DNA of 64,000 bases from Gemmatimonadales bacterium (lineage in GTDB: Bacteria > Gemmatimonadota > Gemmatimonadetes > Gemmatimonadales > GWC2-71-9), in the NCBI GenBank assembly GCA_039915685.1, contig JBDSMU010000070.1:1741-65740 (forward strand), read 5' to 3'. The translations under genes and the position numbers were made by a program. Under the pieces are notes generated by a model. It made no database searches. It was given only the letters and a program-made list of their open reading frames with translations, and was not told the origin of the DNA. Each line of letters opens with the position of its first letter. The stretch's first letter is position 1. Shown here piece by piece: positions 1 to 9,711 of the stretch.

Positions 1-84
1 GAGTCGACCCGCAAGTTCATGGGGCATTGGTTGGTCGAGGTGGAGCGTTGGATGCGCCGGTTTCCGCGCAGCGAACGCGTCTGA
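1..84 (+). CDS. 3' end of an unidentified CDS entering from upstream of the window
   Basis: Frame +1 is open from base 1 to TGA at 82-84 and is followed by a hairpin terminator; too short to name. Confidence 0.3.
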   Translation, partial: ESTRKFMGHWLVEVERWMRRFPRSERV

Positions 85-101
85 CTGACCGGTGATTCCC
101 G

Positions 102-142
102 CCGACGCGTGGTGTGTGACAACGCACCACGCGTCGGATTTT
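102..142 (+). terminator. Rho-independent terminator-like hairpin
   Basis: 13-bp perfect stem CCGACGCGTGGTG (102-114) / CACCACGCGTCGG (125-137), 10-nt loop, then ATTTTA; lies between two convergent gene ends. Confidence 0.55.
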
Positions 143-143
143 A

Positions 144-1685
144 CTAGCCTGTTGTCGCCTGCTGGATGAGGGTGCGCTGGTCGGGCGCGGCGCGGAGACG
201 GCGAAGCGCTTCCTGCATTGCTGCGTCGACCGGTGCCTGCCTGCGGAACGCTTCGGAATCACCGAGGGCGAGGCCGGCCGCCTGCGCATCGATGAGCCGA
301 TCGATGATCGGTTGCGCTGCATCGAATTGCGTACGCGTGACCGGCAGCTTCGCGGCCTGGAGGCGTACGAACAGTGAATCTCGCCACGCCGGCTGGAGCG
401 TATATCCGCCGTGAATCGTCGGCCGAAGTGAGCGAGCGGTCTCATAAATCGCCTCGTGAAATTCAGCGGACCGGGTACCGAGCGCTTGCGCCAGGTCGCG
501 CTCGCCGCTGAGCACAGAGTCGGCGGTGACGGCAACTTCCGGGGTCACACCGCCGCCGCCAAGCACCTCGCGGCCACCCGATGACTGGAACACGGGTCGC
601 TTCCCGACGCTGTCCGCTTCAACAAATCGTTCATCACCGAAGCCATTGTGATCAGCCTGGATCGAGCGGCCACTGGGCGTGTACCACTTGCCCGTCGTCA
701 GGCTTAGCGCCCAGCCATTGGTGAGCACCCGCTGGGTCTGCACCAACCCCTTGCCGAAGGTGCGGCTTCCGATCACCAGCGCGCGGTCGTGATCCTGCAG
801 GCTCCCGGCGACGATCTCCGAGGCCGACGCCGAGCCGCCGTTGACCAGCACAGCGATCGGCGCGTTACCGATGTTCATGACCTCTCCCACGGTGTACACC
901 ACAGGCTGCTGGCCACGGTGGACGACCCGCGCCACCTCGTTGCCACCCTTGAGGAACAGCCCCGCCATCGCGACTGCGGCGTCGAGATCCCCTCCGCCGT
1001 TGCCCCGAAGGTCGAGCACGAACTTGCGCGCACCGGCGTTGGAGAGCGCCCGGACGGCGGACGCCACGTCCTCCGCGGCGGTACGATTGAAACGCTGTAT
1101 CGGGATGTAGCCGACATTTCCGTCGAACATCAGAGTGAATGGAACCGCCGGAACTCGGATCACGTTGCGGACGATGTGGGCCTGGTGCTCGCTAGATTCG
1201 CCCGCTCGCACGAAGACGACATCGATGCCGGTGCCCGGCTCACCCAGCAAGTGCTTCGTGACGGAATCCACCGTCATGCCGGAGACGACGACGCCGTCGA
1301 CGCTCAGGATCCGGTCACCCGCGCGCAACCCGGCGAGCCATGCCGGAGTACCGTTGTTGATTCGGAACAGCGTCACCCGGTCGGCCTGGCTGCGAACTGT
1401 AGCGCCGATACCCCCGTACCGATTCCCGATCGTGTTGCGCTGGAACCGGGCCAGGTCCTCGGGCGAGAGGAGCGACGCGTACGGATCGCCGAGTTCGGCC
1501 ACCAGTCCGCGGGCCGCTTTCTCGAACACGGTTGCCTGCGAAAGGGAGTCGAGCGCGGTGCGCGTTACGATCTCGAGGACTTGGGAGAAGAGCGCGGCCG
1601 GGTTGTCGGGCCGGGCTGGTTTCTGGGCGGCGATTGGAACGGCCAGCGGTAGAAGGAGGAACAGGGCGGTGAGGCGTCGAATCAC
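144..1685 (-). CDS. S41 family C-terminal processing peptidase (Ctp/Prc-like) with PDZ domain
   Basis: Signal peptide MIRRLTALFLLLPLAVPIAAQ; PDZ GLRAGDRILSVDG; S41 Ser/Lys motifs GGSASASEIVAG and TFGKGLVQT; GTG start. Confidence 0.9.
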   Translation of the reverse strand: MIRRLTALFLLLPLAVPIAAQKPARPDNPAALFSQVLEIVTRTALDSLSQATVFEKAARGLVAELGDPYASLLSPEDLARFQRNTIGNRYGGIGATVRSQADRVTLFRINNGTPAWLAGLRAGDRILSVDGVVVSGMTVDSVTKHLLGEPGTGIDVVFVRAGESSEHQAHIVRNVIRVPAVPFTLMFDGNVGYIPIQRFNRTAAEDVASAVRALSNAGARKFVLDLRGNGGGDLDAAVAMAGLFLKGGNEVARVVHRGQQPVVYTVGEVMNIGNAPIAVLVNGGSASASEIVAGSLQDHDRALVIGSRTFGKGLVQTQRVLTNGWALSLTTGKWYTPSGRSIQADHNGFGDERFVEADSVGKRPVFQSSGGREVLGGGGVTPEVAVTADSVLSGERDLAQALGTRSAEFHEAIYETARSLRPTIHGGYTLQPAWRDSLFVRLQAAKLPVTRTQFDAAQPIIDRLIDAQAAGLALGDSEAFRRQAPVDAAMQEALRRLRAAPDQRTLIQQATTG

Positions 1686-1800
1686 GGAAGTGTCCGGGAG
1701 AGGGGATGGCGGTGCCCGACCGGGATGGTTGGGGACGAACGTCCATACGAAGCGTAACGGTGGTAGGCTTCAGCGGGTTCTGAGCGACTACGGAGGAGCG

Positions 1801-2331
1801 ATGACAATCGAAACCGCCACGTTCGGCGGAGGATGTTTCTGGTGCCTCGAAGCGGTATTCGAGGAAGTGGCTGGCGTGCAGCAAGTTGTCTCAGGCTACG
1901 CTGGTGGCAGAATCCCGAATCCCAGCTACGACCGGGTTTGCGCGGGTGCGACCGGGCACGCCGAGGTTGTCCAGGTGACTTTTGATGCGGCGGTGATCGG
2001 GTATGCTGACATCCTGCGGCTCTTTTTCGCCTTCCATGATCCGACGACGATGAATCGTCAGGGACCTGATAGCGGAACACAGTATCGGTCGATCATCCTG
2101 ACCCACGACGACACGCAGGATGCGACGGCGCGAGCGCTGATGGACGAACTCAGAGCCAACGCGACCTTCGACGCGCCGATCGTGACGCAGCTGGAGCGCC
2201 TTGTCGACTTCTGGCCGGCCGAGGCTGCGCATCAGGGGTACTACCGGCGGAACCCGGAGCGGGGCTACTGCACGGTGATGATCACGCCCAAGCTGGCCAA
2301 GCTCCGCGCGATGCGCGGCGCGGCGCGATGA
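1801..2331 (+). CDS. msrA: peptide-methionine (S)-S-oxide reductase MsrA
   Basis: GGGCFWCLEAVF active-site motif; GGAGGA SD upstream of ATG 1801; the 398-aa track ORF is an upstream extension. Confidence 0.92.
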   Translation: MTIETATFGGGCFWCLEAVFEEVAGVQQVVSGYAGGRIPNPSYDRVCAGATGHAEVVQVTFDAAVIGYADILRLFFAFHDPTTMNRQGPDSGTQYRSIILTHDDTQDATARALMDELRANATFDAPIVTQLERLVDFWPAEAAHQGYYRRNPERGYCTVMITPKLAKLRAMRGAAR

Positions 2332-3041
2332 CCGCTTCAGGAAAAGGCGGGTCAGCGCGGTCGAAGGCAATCGAATGGATCAAGGCCGCCGCGTGGGCCC
2401 TGGCGCTCTGGCTGGTGCTCAGCACCTTCATTGGCCAGGCCTACTTCATCCCGTCGCCCAGCATGGAGCGGACGTTGATGGTGGGGGACGTCCTGTTCGT
2501 CAACAAGTTCCTGTACGGCGCGAAGCTCCCACTGGTCGATGCGCACATGCCGGCCGTGCGCGACCCGCGGCGGGGCGACATCGTGGTCTTCATGTCGCCG
2601 ATCGAAGATTCGATCCTGGTCAAGCGACTCATCGGTCTCCCGGGCGACACGCTTGCAATGCGACACGGTGCGCTGTTTCGCAACTCGGAACGACTTGCCG
2701 AGCCCGCTGCCCAGTCACTGGAACCGGATTGGCAACTCGACTCCGCCTCGCGGTACGGAATGCGGGCGATGCACATCGCGCAGTACGCGGGCGTCGATCC
2801 GGATTCCTACTTACCCGACGTGCACGATTGGGGCCCGCTGGTGGTGCCGATGGATTCCCTGTGGATGATGGGCGACAATCGGGATCGCTCCCGAGACTCG
2901 CGCTTCTGGGGATTCGTGCCCCGCCGTAACGTGCGGGGTACGCCGGTCATCATCTACTATTCTTGGGATGCGTCGAGTTACCGCCCTCTGCCATTCCTCT
3001 CGGCGATTCGCTGGAACCGCCTCTTCACGGTCCCGCGCTGA
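2328..3041 (+). CDS. lepB: signal peptidase I
   Basis: IPSPSMERTL (catalytic Ser box) and GDNRDRSRDSRFWGFVP box; ATGA overlap with msrA stop. Confidence 0.92.
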   Translation: MTASGKGGSARSKAIEWIKAAAWALALWLVLSTFIGQAYFIPSPSMERTLMVGDVLFVNKFLYGAKLPLVDAHMPAVRDPRRGDIVVFMSPIEDSILVKRLIGLPGDTLAMRHGALFRNSERLAEPAAQSLEPDWQLDSASRYGMRAMHIAQYAGVDPDSYLPDVHDWGPLVVPMDSLWMMGDNRDRSRDSRFWGFVPRRNVRGTPVIIYYSWDASSYRPLPFLSAIRWNRLFTVPR

Positions 3042-3141
3042 ACCTCGCTGCAGGTGTCAGATCGCTGCGGTCCGGCGTCCCTGTTCAATGGTGATATGCC
3101 GATAGCGGCGACGACGCAGATCCCGAAACGTGGAGTCAACG

Positions 3142-3978
3142 ATGCGCTGGACACCTGGGGGACGATCCTCAAACCTTGAGGATCGGCGTGGCGGCGGGGG
3201 GATGGGTATTCCCGGCGGCGTTGGCGGAATGGGAATCGGCGGGGTGGTGATTCTGGTTCTCTTCGCGGTGATCACGAAGCAGAACCCGCTTGACCTGCTG
3301 GGCGCGGCCGGCGGTGGTGGTGGCGCGGTTGCGGAGGCGCCGATCAACGATCCTGCCGAGGAGCAACAGGTGCTCTTCGTGTCGTCGGTGCTCGACAGCA
3401 CTCAGGCCACGTGGCATCGCAAGCTTGGTGACCGCTATCGCGACGCGACGCTGGTGTTGTTCAGGGATCGGGTTCAGTCGGCGTGCGGATCGGCCCAGGC
3501 GGCCAGCGGGCCGTTCTACTGTCCCGGCGATGAAAAGGTGTACATCGACCTCGGGTTCTACAGCGAGCTTCGGGATCGATTCGGTGCGCCCGGTGATTTT
3601 GCCCAGGCGTATGTGCTCGCGCATGAGATCGGCCATCATGTCCAGCGCGTCCTCGGAACCGAGGCTGACGTCAGGGCGGCGCAGCGCCAGAACCCGGGGT
3701 CCGCGAACGCACTCTCGGTGCGCCTGGAACTGCAGGCCGACTGCTACGCCGGTGTCTGGGCCAACGCGGCCGCGAGTGCCGGTCAGCTTGAGGGAGGTGA
3801 CATGGAGGAGGGCATCGGTGCGGCGTCGGCGGTCGGCGACGACCGGATCCAGCGGGAATCACAGGGGACCGTGCATCCGGAGAGCTGGACCCACGGCTCC
3901 TCGGCGCAGCGAGTGGAATGGTTCCGGCGTGGAGCCGCTTCAGGCGACCCGGCGGCCTGCGACACCTTCCGCCAGTAA
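3142..3978 (+). CDS. ypfJ: YpfJ-family putative neutral zinc metallopeptidase
   Basis: MRWTPGGRSSNLEDRRG N-terminus, GPFYCPGDEKVYIDLGFY, HEIGHHVQ zinc motif and QADCYAGVW all parallel E. coli YpfJ; ATG 3142 preferred over GTG 3130. Confidence 0.9.
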   Translation: MRWTPGGRSSNLEDRRGGGGMGIPGGVGGMGIGGVVILVLFAVITKQNPLDLLGAAGGGGGAVAEAPINDPAEEQQVLFVSSVLDSTQATWHRKLGDRYRDATLVLFRDRVQSACGSAQAASGPFYCPGDEKVYIDLGFYSELRDRFGAPGDFAQAYVLAHEIGHHVQRVLGTEADVRAAQRQNPGSANALSVRLELQADCYAGVWANAAASAGQLEGGDMEEGIGAASAVGDDRIQRESQGTVHPESWTHGSSAQRVEWFRRGAASGDPAACDTFRQ

Positions 3979-4000
3979 GGTCGGGCACTCGCCGTGTGAA

Positions 4001-4036
4001 CGCAGGCGCCGTATCTTCGCGGGTACGGCGCCTGCG
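4001..4036 (+). terminator. GC-rich hairpin downstream of ypfJ (possible terminator, no U-tract)
   Basis: 13-bp stem CGCAGGCGCCGTA / TACGGCGCCTGCG with 10-nt loop. Confidence 0.35.
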
Positions 4037-4075
4037 CTGCGTCGCACCCCCCAAGTGCCACAAACCGGAGCGTTC

Positions 4076-4486
4076 ATGTCCCCAATGGTCCGCCGTGTCG
4101 TTGCGGTTGTCGCAGCGCTGGCCGCCGCGAGCGCCGTCGTCTTTGTGTTCGAGTATCTCGGATCGCGGTTCTTTCCGGCGGTCGGCGTCGACCTGACCGA
4201 TCGAGCCCAGATCGAGGATGCGGTGCGCACCGGGTCGATCCCGATGGGTGCGATGGTGATGGTGGCGGCTGGGTGGGTGGTGGCAGCGGTGGTGGGGGCC
4301 ACAGTGGCGCTCCGAATCGGCCGCGTTGGCGGTGGCGGACCGACCATGATCTTTGCGGGGCTTTTCACGCTCGTATGCGCGATGAACCTGATCGCGTTCC
4401 CGCACCCGGCGTGGATGTGGTTTGTCGGTGTCGTGATGGTGCCTTCTGCCGCTGTGCTCGCCGGTCGCGATCGCTCCGCTTCATGA
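4076..4486 (+). CDS. hypothetical small integral membrane protein
   Basis: 136 aa, 3-4 hydrophobic helices, GC3-rich codons; only the distal part of track ORF 3290-4486 looks coding. Confidence 0.55.
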   Translation: MSPMVRRVVAVVAALAAASAVVFVFEYLGSRFFPAVGVDLTDRAQIEDAVRTGSIPMGAMVMVAAGWVVAAVVGATVALRIGRVGGGGPTMIFAGLFTLVCAMNLIAFPHPAWMWFVGVVMVPSAAVLAGRDRSAS

Positions 4487-4534
4487 CGTCCGATCAGGCG
4501 CACGGCAGATAGTTTTCGTACTCCTTCTTCGACG

Positions 4535-4888
4535 GTGAATCGACCGCCCATGCGCCATGTTCGCCTTGTCCTGATCACCTGGATCATCACCGCAACGGGT
4601 GCTGTCGTCGGATCGGCGTTGGGAAACGCGTTCGGGCGAAAGGGCCTGTTCGTGGGGGCGATGGCAGTGGGTACGCTCGCACTGCTCGGTGCGATTCAGC
4701 TCGTCGCCGCTCTCCAGTGGCTCGACGTCGACCGACAGCGCGGCGGGGCGATTGGTGGGCTCGTTGGGTTCGGATTCGCATCGACACTCGCAGTCATGCA
4801 CTTGCAGACGCCGATCATCGCCGTGCTCGTCGCATCGCTCGTGGGAATAGGGGTGATCCTCGGCGCGGGTCCAGGGGCGGTTCGGTGA
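4535..4888 (+). CDS. hypothetical small integral membrane protein
   Basis: 117 aa, Gly/Ala/Val-rich helices; stop overlaps next gene start (GTGA); the start could instead be ATG 4550. Confidence 0.5.
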   Translation: MNRPPMRHVRLVLITWIITATGAVVGSALGNAFGRKGLFVGAMAVGTLALLGAIQLVAALQWLDVDRQRGGAIGGLVGFGFASTLAVMHLQTPIIAVLVASLVGIGVILGAGPGAVR

Positions 4889-6024
4889 TCCGCCCGTTCC
4901 TGGCGCTCCTGATCGCGATCTCCCTCACGCCGGATCACCTGACCGCACAGGACCGGCCGCGTGCGCGCGACCTCGGAGTTGCCCCCGGCATCTTTTCACC
5001 GGGTGCGTTCAACGCCATCACCGATGTGGTCGGCGTTCGGGTCGGGCATACCACGGTGATCCTTGGCGATTCGATTCGAACTGGCGTGACAGCCATCATC
5101 CCACACAACGACAATGTTTTCCTTGATCGCGTTCCGGCCGGGCTGCATGTCGGCAACGGGTTCGGGAAATTCATTGGTTCGACGCAGCTTTCGGAGCTTG
5201 GGGAGCTCGAAACACCGATCTTGCTGACCTGCACCCTCTGTGTTTGGCGTGCCGCCGACGCGATGGTGGCGTGGCAGCTCGCGCAGCCCGGCATGCAACA
5301 GGTCCGATCGATCAACCCGGTCGTTGCTGAAACCAACGATGGCGGGTTGAATGCGATCCGCTCTCGACCGATTACGGCGGCGCATGTTGTCGCAGCACTC
5401 GAATCGGCGCACGGTGGCCTGGTGGAAGAGGGGAGCGTAGGTGCGGGGACCGGCACCATCGCCTTTGGTTGGAAGGGAGGAATCGGCACGTCATCCAGGC
5501 GCTTGCCGGCGTCGCTTGGCGGGTTCACGGTGGGTGTGCTGGTGCAGACCAACTTTGGCGGGGTGCTGCAAGTTCTCGGTGCGCCTGTGGGAAAGGAGTT
5601 GGGTCGCCACTCGTACCGCAATCAGATCCTGCAGGAACGGGGTGACGGCTCGGTGATCATCGTCGTCGCGACCGATGCTCCCCTGAGCGATCACCAACTC
5701 CAACGGGTCGCAGCACGCGCCATGATGGGACTGGGTCGCACCGGGTCCGACGCATCGAATGGGTCGGGCGACTACGTGATTGCGTTCTCGACGTCGGCCG
5801 ACGTGCGCCGTCGACAGGGTGAGGGTCCCGTTCGCGGCACCCACGCTCTCGCCGACGACGCAGTGTCGCCGATCTTCCAGGCGACGATCGAGGCCACAGA
5901 AGAGGCGATCTACAATTCCCTCTTTCGAGCAACGGCCATGAGCTCGGCGCAGCGCTCTATCACGGCGCTGCCGATCGACTCCGTCCGCACCATTCTGCGG
6001 AAACACGGCGTCGGGAGTCAATGA
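4885..6024 (+). CDS. P1/S58 (DmpA/BapA-like) aminopeptidase family protein, secreted
   Basis: Signal peptide VIRPFLALLIAISLTPDHLTAQ; overall DmpA-family look (GVTAIIPH, AETNDGGLN, GAGTGTIAFGWKGGIGTSS); GTG 4885 overlaps the preceding stop. Confidence 0.8.
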   Translation: MIRPFLALLIAISLTPDHLTAQDRPRARDLGVAPGIFSPGAFNAITDVVGVRVGHTTVILGDSIRTGVTAIIPHNDNVFLDRVPAGLHVGNGFGKFIGSTQLSELGELETPILLTCTLCVWRAADAMVAWQLAQPGMQQVRSINPVVAETNDGGLNAIRSRPITAAHVVAALESAHGGLVEEGSVGAGTGTIAFGWKGGIGTSSRRLPASLGGFTVGVLVQTNFGGVLQVLGAPVGKELGRHSYRNQILQERGDGSVIIVVATDAPLSDHQLQRVAARAMMGLGRTGSDASNGSGDYVIAFSTSADVRRRQGEGPVRGTHALADDAVSPIFQATIEATEEAIYNSLFRATAMSSAQRSITALPIDSVRTILRKHGVGSQ

Positions 6025-6410
6025 TGCGGTACGTCACGACCGAGGATGCGCCCGCCCCTGCTGGTCACTATAGCCAGGGCGTCGTGCACCATGGATTGGT
6101 GCATGTCTCGGGGCAGCTCCCGATTGATCCGCTGACTGGCTCCGTGGTGGACGGGCCCATCGATGCGCAGATGGAGCGCACCCTCCGCAATGTCGAGGCG
6201 GTGCTGCGCGAGGCGGGAAGCGGCTTGGAGCACGTCGTGTCGATGACGGTGTTCGTGGCGTCGCGCGACGACTGGACCGAGGTCAATGCTGCTTGCGAGC
6301 GAGTGTTCGGGTTGCATCGGCCCGCGCGCGCCGTGATCGGCGGTGCACTGCTGAAGCCTGGGTGCCGGGTGGAGATCACCGCGATTGGCGCTGTTCCCGA
6401 CCGGCCCTGA
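6021..6410 (+). CDS. ridA: RidA/YjgF family reactive-intermediate deaminase
   Basis: 129 aa; APAPAGHYSQGV...VSGQLPIDP...RVEITAIG pattern; ATGA overlap with upstream gene. Confidence 0.9.
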   Translation: MMRYVTTEDAPAPAGHYSQGVVHHGLVHVSGQLPIDPLTGSVVDGPIDAQMERTLRNVEAVLREAGSGLEHVVSMTVFVASRDDWTEVNAACERVFGLHRPARAVIGGALLKPGCRVEITAIGAVPDRP

Positions 6411-6419
6411 CTTCACCGT

Positions 6420-7154
6420 GTGACGAACCCAGGAATCGCGGGTGCCGGGCTGATTCTTCTGGCTGCCATCCTCTACAGCGCAGTTGGACACGGCGGAGCA
6501 TCCGGCTACCTGGCGGTAATGGCGCTTCTCGGCACCGCTCCCGAGGCGATGCGTCCCGTCGCGTTGGTCCTCAACGTGTTTGTCGCATCGATCGCCACGG
6601 TGCAGTTTGCGCGAGCCGGTCACTTCCGCTGGGCGCTGTTCCTTCCGTTCGCCATCACCTCGATTCCGGCAGCCTATCTCGGCGGGCGAATCGTGCTGCC
6701 GGGGACGACGTATCGCATTCTTGTCGGCGTCGTGCTGGTGCTCTCGGCGGGGCGTTTCCTGATGTCGCTCAACGACGATGATGTCGCACGGCATTCTCCT
6801 CCGTTGCCACTAGCCCTCGCCGCCGGCGCCGCACTCGGCTTCCTGGCGGGCCTTACCGGGGTAGGCGGGGGCATCTTCCTGTCGCCGCTGCTGATCCTGA
6901 GCGGCTGGGCCACCATTCGTGCGACGGCTGCCACTTCGGCGGCATTTATCCTCGTGAATTCGCTCGCAGGACTGGCCGGACAGGCGGAACAGCTCCGGCA
7001 TCTCCCCGCGTCGATTGGATGGTGGATCGTGGCGGCGGTGGTGGGCGGGTCGATTGGATCCCGGATGGGGAGTGGGGTGCTCAGCGGCGCGGCCCTGCGA
7101 CGATCGCTCGCGTTGGTGCTGGTGCTCGCGGGCACCAAGCTGATACTGGAGTAA
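6420..7154 (+). CDS. TauE/SafE (TSUP) family sulfite/anion exporter
   Basis: 244 aa, about 8 TM, duplicated Gly-rich helices (GHGGASGY / GVGGGIF). Confidence 0.85.
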   Translation: MTNPGIAGAGLILLAAILYSAVGHGGASGYLAVMALLGTAPEAMRPVALVLNVFVASIATVQFARAGHFRWALFLPFAITSIPAAYLGGRIVLPGTTYRILVGVVLVLSAGRFLMSLNDDDVARHSPPLPLALAAGAALGFLAGLTGVGGGIFLSPLLILSGWATIRATAATSAAFILVNSLAGLAGQAEQLRHLPASIGWWIVAAVVGGSIGSRMGSGVLSGAALRRSLALVLVLAGTKLILE

Positions 7155-7208
7155 TTCATTGTCCAATTTGCGGTGGCCCCAGTCGGGCCTTCATCATAGA
7201 ATCGCTGC

Positions 7209-8270
7209 ATGACACACGCTGCCAGTCTTCCAAGTCGCCGTACGCTGCTCCGCGCGGTTGCTCACCGTGACCCTGCGTGGGACGGCCTATTCGTGTTCGC
7301 CGTCCGAACCACCGGTGTGGCATGCAGGCCGGTTTGTCCGTCGCGTCGCGCCCGCGACGAGAACGTCGAGTTCTTTGCCACGCTCAGTGCGGCCCAACAG
7401 GCCGGGTTTCGCGCCTGCCGCCGTTGTCGGCCCGATTCGGACCGTCAGCCGGAATGGTGGGGTGCGCTCGTCGAGGCGCTCGATCAACATGGCGGGAAGC
7501 TCACCGACGACGACCTGCGCGCCCGCGGGTTTGACCCAGTTGTGGTACGGCGACAGGCGCGTCGCATTCAGGGCTCAACATTCCAGGCGTGGGCGCGAGC
7601 ACGCCGAGTCGCGGGTGCGCAGCGCCGACTCGCTTCCGGCCAGCCCCTCGACCGGGTCATCGTGGAGTCCGGATATGAATCACACAGCGGGTTTCGCGAC
7701 GCATTCGTGCGGGTCGTGGGCAACGCACCCGGGCGCGCGAGGGGTGGTGAGGCGGTGACCACCGCCACGTGGGAGTCGCCGGTCGGACCGATCGTGGCAG
7801 GAGCGGTTGCCGAGGGGATCTGTCTGCTGGAGTTTGGTGACCATGCGCGCCTCGAACAACAAGCGCCACGCCTGCAGAAATGGTTTCACGGCCCGGTGGT
7901 GCCGGGACCACATCCACATCTCGATGCACTTTTCGACGAACTGCGGCGCTACTTCGCCGGTTCGCTCACCGAGTTCCGGGTACCGCTGGTGGTTCGTGGC
8001 ACTCCGTTCGAGGTGGCGGTATGGACCGCGCTGCAGGCAATTCCGTATGGCATCACCTGTTCGTACTCCGATATCGCGCGTGCCGTCGGATCTCCGCGCG
8101 CAGTTCGGGCGGTTGGTAGCGCTAACGGGCGAAACCGAATCGCGATAGTGATCCCTTGCCACCGGGTGGTGAACACGGGCGGCAAGTTGGGCGGCTACGG
8201 CGGGGGACTCTGGCGGAAGGTCAGGTTGCTCGAACTTGAGGGCGTGGTGCCCGGAGAGCTTGCCCCATGA
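7209..8270 (+). CDS. ada: bifunctional Ada: methylphosphotriester-DNA methyltransferase / AraC-type regulator / O6-methylguanine-DNA methyltransferase
   Basis: N-Ada zinc site CRPVCPSRRA...FRACRRCRP, central AraC HTH, C-terminal PCHRVV active site. Confidence 0.9.
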   Translation: MTHAASLPSRRTLLRAVAHRDPAWDGLFVFAVRTTGVACRPVCPSRRARDENVEFFATLSAAQQAGFRACRRCRPDSDRQPEWWGALVEALDQHGGKLTDDDLRARGFDPVVVRRQARRIQGSTFQAWARARRVAGAQRRLASGQPLDRVIVESGYESHSGFRDAFVRVVGNAPGRARGGEAVTTATWESPVGPIVAGAVAEGICLLEFGDHARLEQQAPRLQKWFHGPVVPGPHPHLDALFDELRRYFAGSLTEFRVPLVVRGTPFEVAVWTALQAIPYGITCSYSDIARAVGSPRAVRAVGSANGRNRIAIVIPCHRVVNTGGKLGGYGGGLWRKVRLLELEGVVPGELAP

Positions 8271-8271
8271 C

Positions 8272-8312
8272 GACCCAGCCCCGCAACCGGTTTCTGGTTG
8301 CAGGGCTGGGTC
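8272..8312. terminator. bidirectional terminator-like hairpin between convergent genes
   Basis: 17-bp stem (1 mismatch) GACCCAGCCCCGCAACC / GGTTGCAGGGCTGGGTC, 7-nt loop GGTTTCT. Confidence 0.5.
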
Positions 8313-8337
8313 CACTTCCATGCGGCAGATGCCGCTC

Positions 8338-8811
8338 CTAGTGCTTGATCTCGAATTCCTTGATACCCTGCGACACGTTATCCAGAAACACCTCGGCGCG
8401 GTATTTCCCCTCTGGCCAGGCGGTGGCCTTCTTGATGTGGAATTCGGTCGTTGCCATCGCCGCGCCGGCGCCCGCGGCGATCTGTTGCGCGGTCGAGTCG
8501 ATCGTCTTGCCTGCTTCGTTCATCCACCGAACGGCAACCGTCGATCCGGGAGCGGTGTTCTCGCTCCGTACCGATATGTACAGCGTGTCGTTGGCCCCGA
8601 AGTTCGAGGTGACGCCGCCGATGATGTTCTTCATCGAGTCGACGGCGCGACCGAGTTCCATGGCCGCCACCCGGGCGGTGGCCGGGAGGTCGGGTGTGGT
8701 CACGACCAGGACGGAATCAGGGGTACCATCACCCGGTACGTCCTTCTTCGAGCAACCGGCGACGGTGGCGACTGTCAGGGCGCCAATGATCAGCGTGCGG
8801 CGAAACGACAT
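8338..8811 (-). CDS. hypothetical lipoprotein
   Basis: MSFRRTLIIGALTVATVAGC lipobox; GGAGGAAG SD upstream of ATG 8811; no recognisable family. Confidence 0.65.
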   Translation of the reverse strand: MSFRRTLIIGALTVATVAGCSKKDVPGDGTPDSVLVVTTPDLPATARVAAMELGRAVDSMKNIIGGVTSNFGANDTLYISVRSENTAPGSTVAVRWMNEAGKTIDSTAQQIAAGAGAAMATTEFHIKKATAWPEGKYRAEVFLDNVSQGIKEFEIKH

Positions 8812-9009
8812 GCGGACTTCCTCCGTGAAAATGGGCGTGGGGGCCGTGGCACCTCCCCCCATCGGTCAGGAACTTGCAGGGCTCGGGGACGAGAAGATAC
8901 TGGATTGGCTCCGATTGAAGAATCCGCTCTGTCCTTACCCTGTAAAACGATCGGGCGCCATGGCCTCGCACTCACGTGCGCGGCGGCGGCGCCGGCGTCT
9001 GGAGCACCG

Positions 9010-9699
9010 ATGGCAATCCGGCTGGTCGTATTTGACGTAGCGGGCACGACATGGGACGACCGGGGCGTCGTGCGAACGGCGCTGCACGATGCCATCGCGG
9101 CCGTCGGGCCTGACCTCAAGACGGCTGTTATGGCCGGCGTGGAGGGCCTCGACATGCCGATGGCGGTCCGGATGCTCCTTGAGGGGCACGGGCGGGAAGA
9201 CCTCTTTCCGAGGATTCCGGAGATTATGGGGGGCTTTACCGCGCACCTCACCGACCACATCACTCGCGCTCCCGATGTTCGGCCCATTCCCGGTACCACC
9301 GCCATGTTCGGAGCGCTACGAGCGGCCGACGTTCGCGTGGCGCTCGGTACCGAACTCTCGCGTCCGTTGCTCGACCTCCTGATCGAACGCCTCGGGTGGG
9401 GCGGTGCCGAGTCTCCGGTGGATGCGATGATCGCGACTGACCAAGTCCCGCGTGGTCGCCCATGGCCTGACATGATTGATCGGCTTCGCGAGCAGCTTGG
9501 CGTGCGGGAGCCCGGCGACGTCGCCAAGGTGGGGGACACGCCGGTCGACCTGCAGGAAGGGACGGTGGCGCGGTGCGGATTGGTGATTGGCGTGTGCACC
9601 GGAGGTCACACGCGCGAGGCGCTCTCGCATCATCCGCACGATGCCATCCTTGAGAGCGCAGCTGGGGTGCCGACCCTGGTTGTTTCCCACGCGCACTGA
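9010..9699 (+). CDS. HAD-superfamily hydrolase, phosphonatase-like (DxAGT motif I)
   Basis: VVFDVAGTTWD motif I with Ala replacing the second Asp, as in phosphonoacetaldehyde hydrolase; C-terminal VGDTPVD motif; only the distal part of track ORF 8236-9699 looks coding. Confidence 0.8.
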   Translation: MAIRLVVFDVAGTTWDDRGVVRTALHDAIAAVGPDLKTAVMAGVEGLDMPMAVRMLLEGHGREDLFPRIPEIMGGFTAHLTDHITRAPDVRPIPGTTAMFGALRAADVRVALGTELSRPLLDLLIERLGWGGAESPVDAMIATDQVPRGRPWPDMIDRLREQLGVREPGDVAKVGDTPVDLQEGTVARCGLVIGVCTGGHTREALSHHPHDAILESAAGVPTLVVSHAH

Positions 9700-9711
9700 G
9701 CCGAAGGCTCG

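Noticed and set aside
8236-9009. N-terminal 258 codons of the 487-aa ORF 8236-9699; likewise the upstream parts of ORFs 1135-2331, 3290-4486, 14809-16488, 21641-22747, 24399-25601 and 48837-49754
   Set aside because: These are stop-free upstream extensions. The real proteins begin at internal starts that have SD sequences or stop-overlap coupling and match family N-termini. The extensions overlap other genes or look non-coding.
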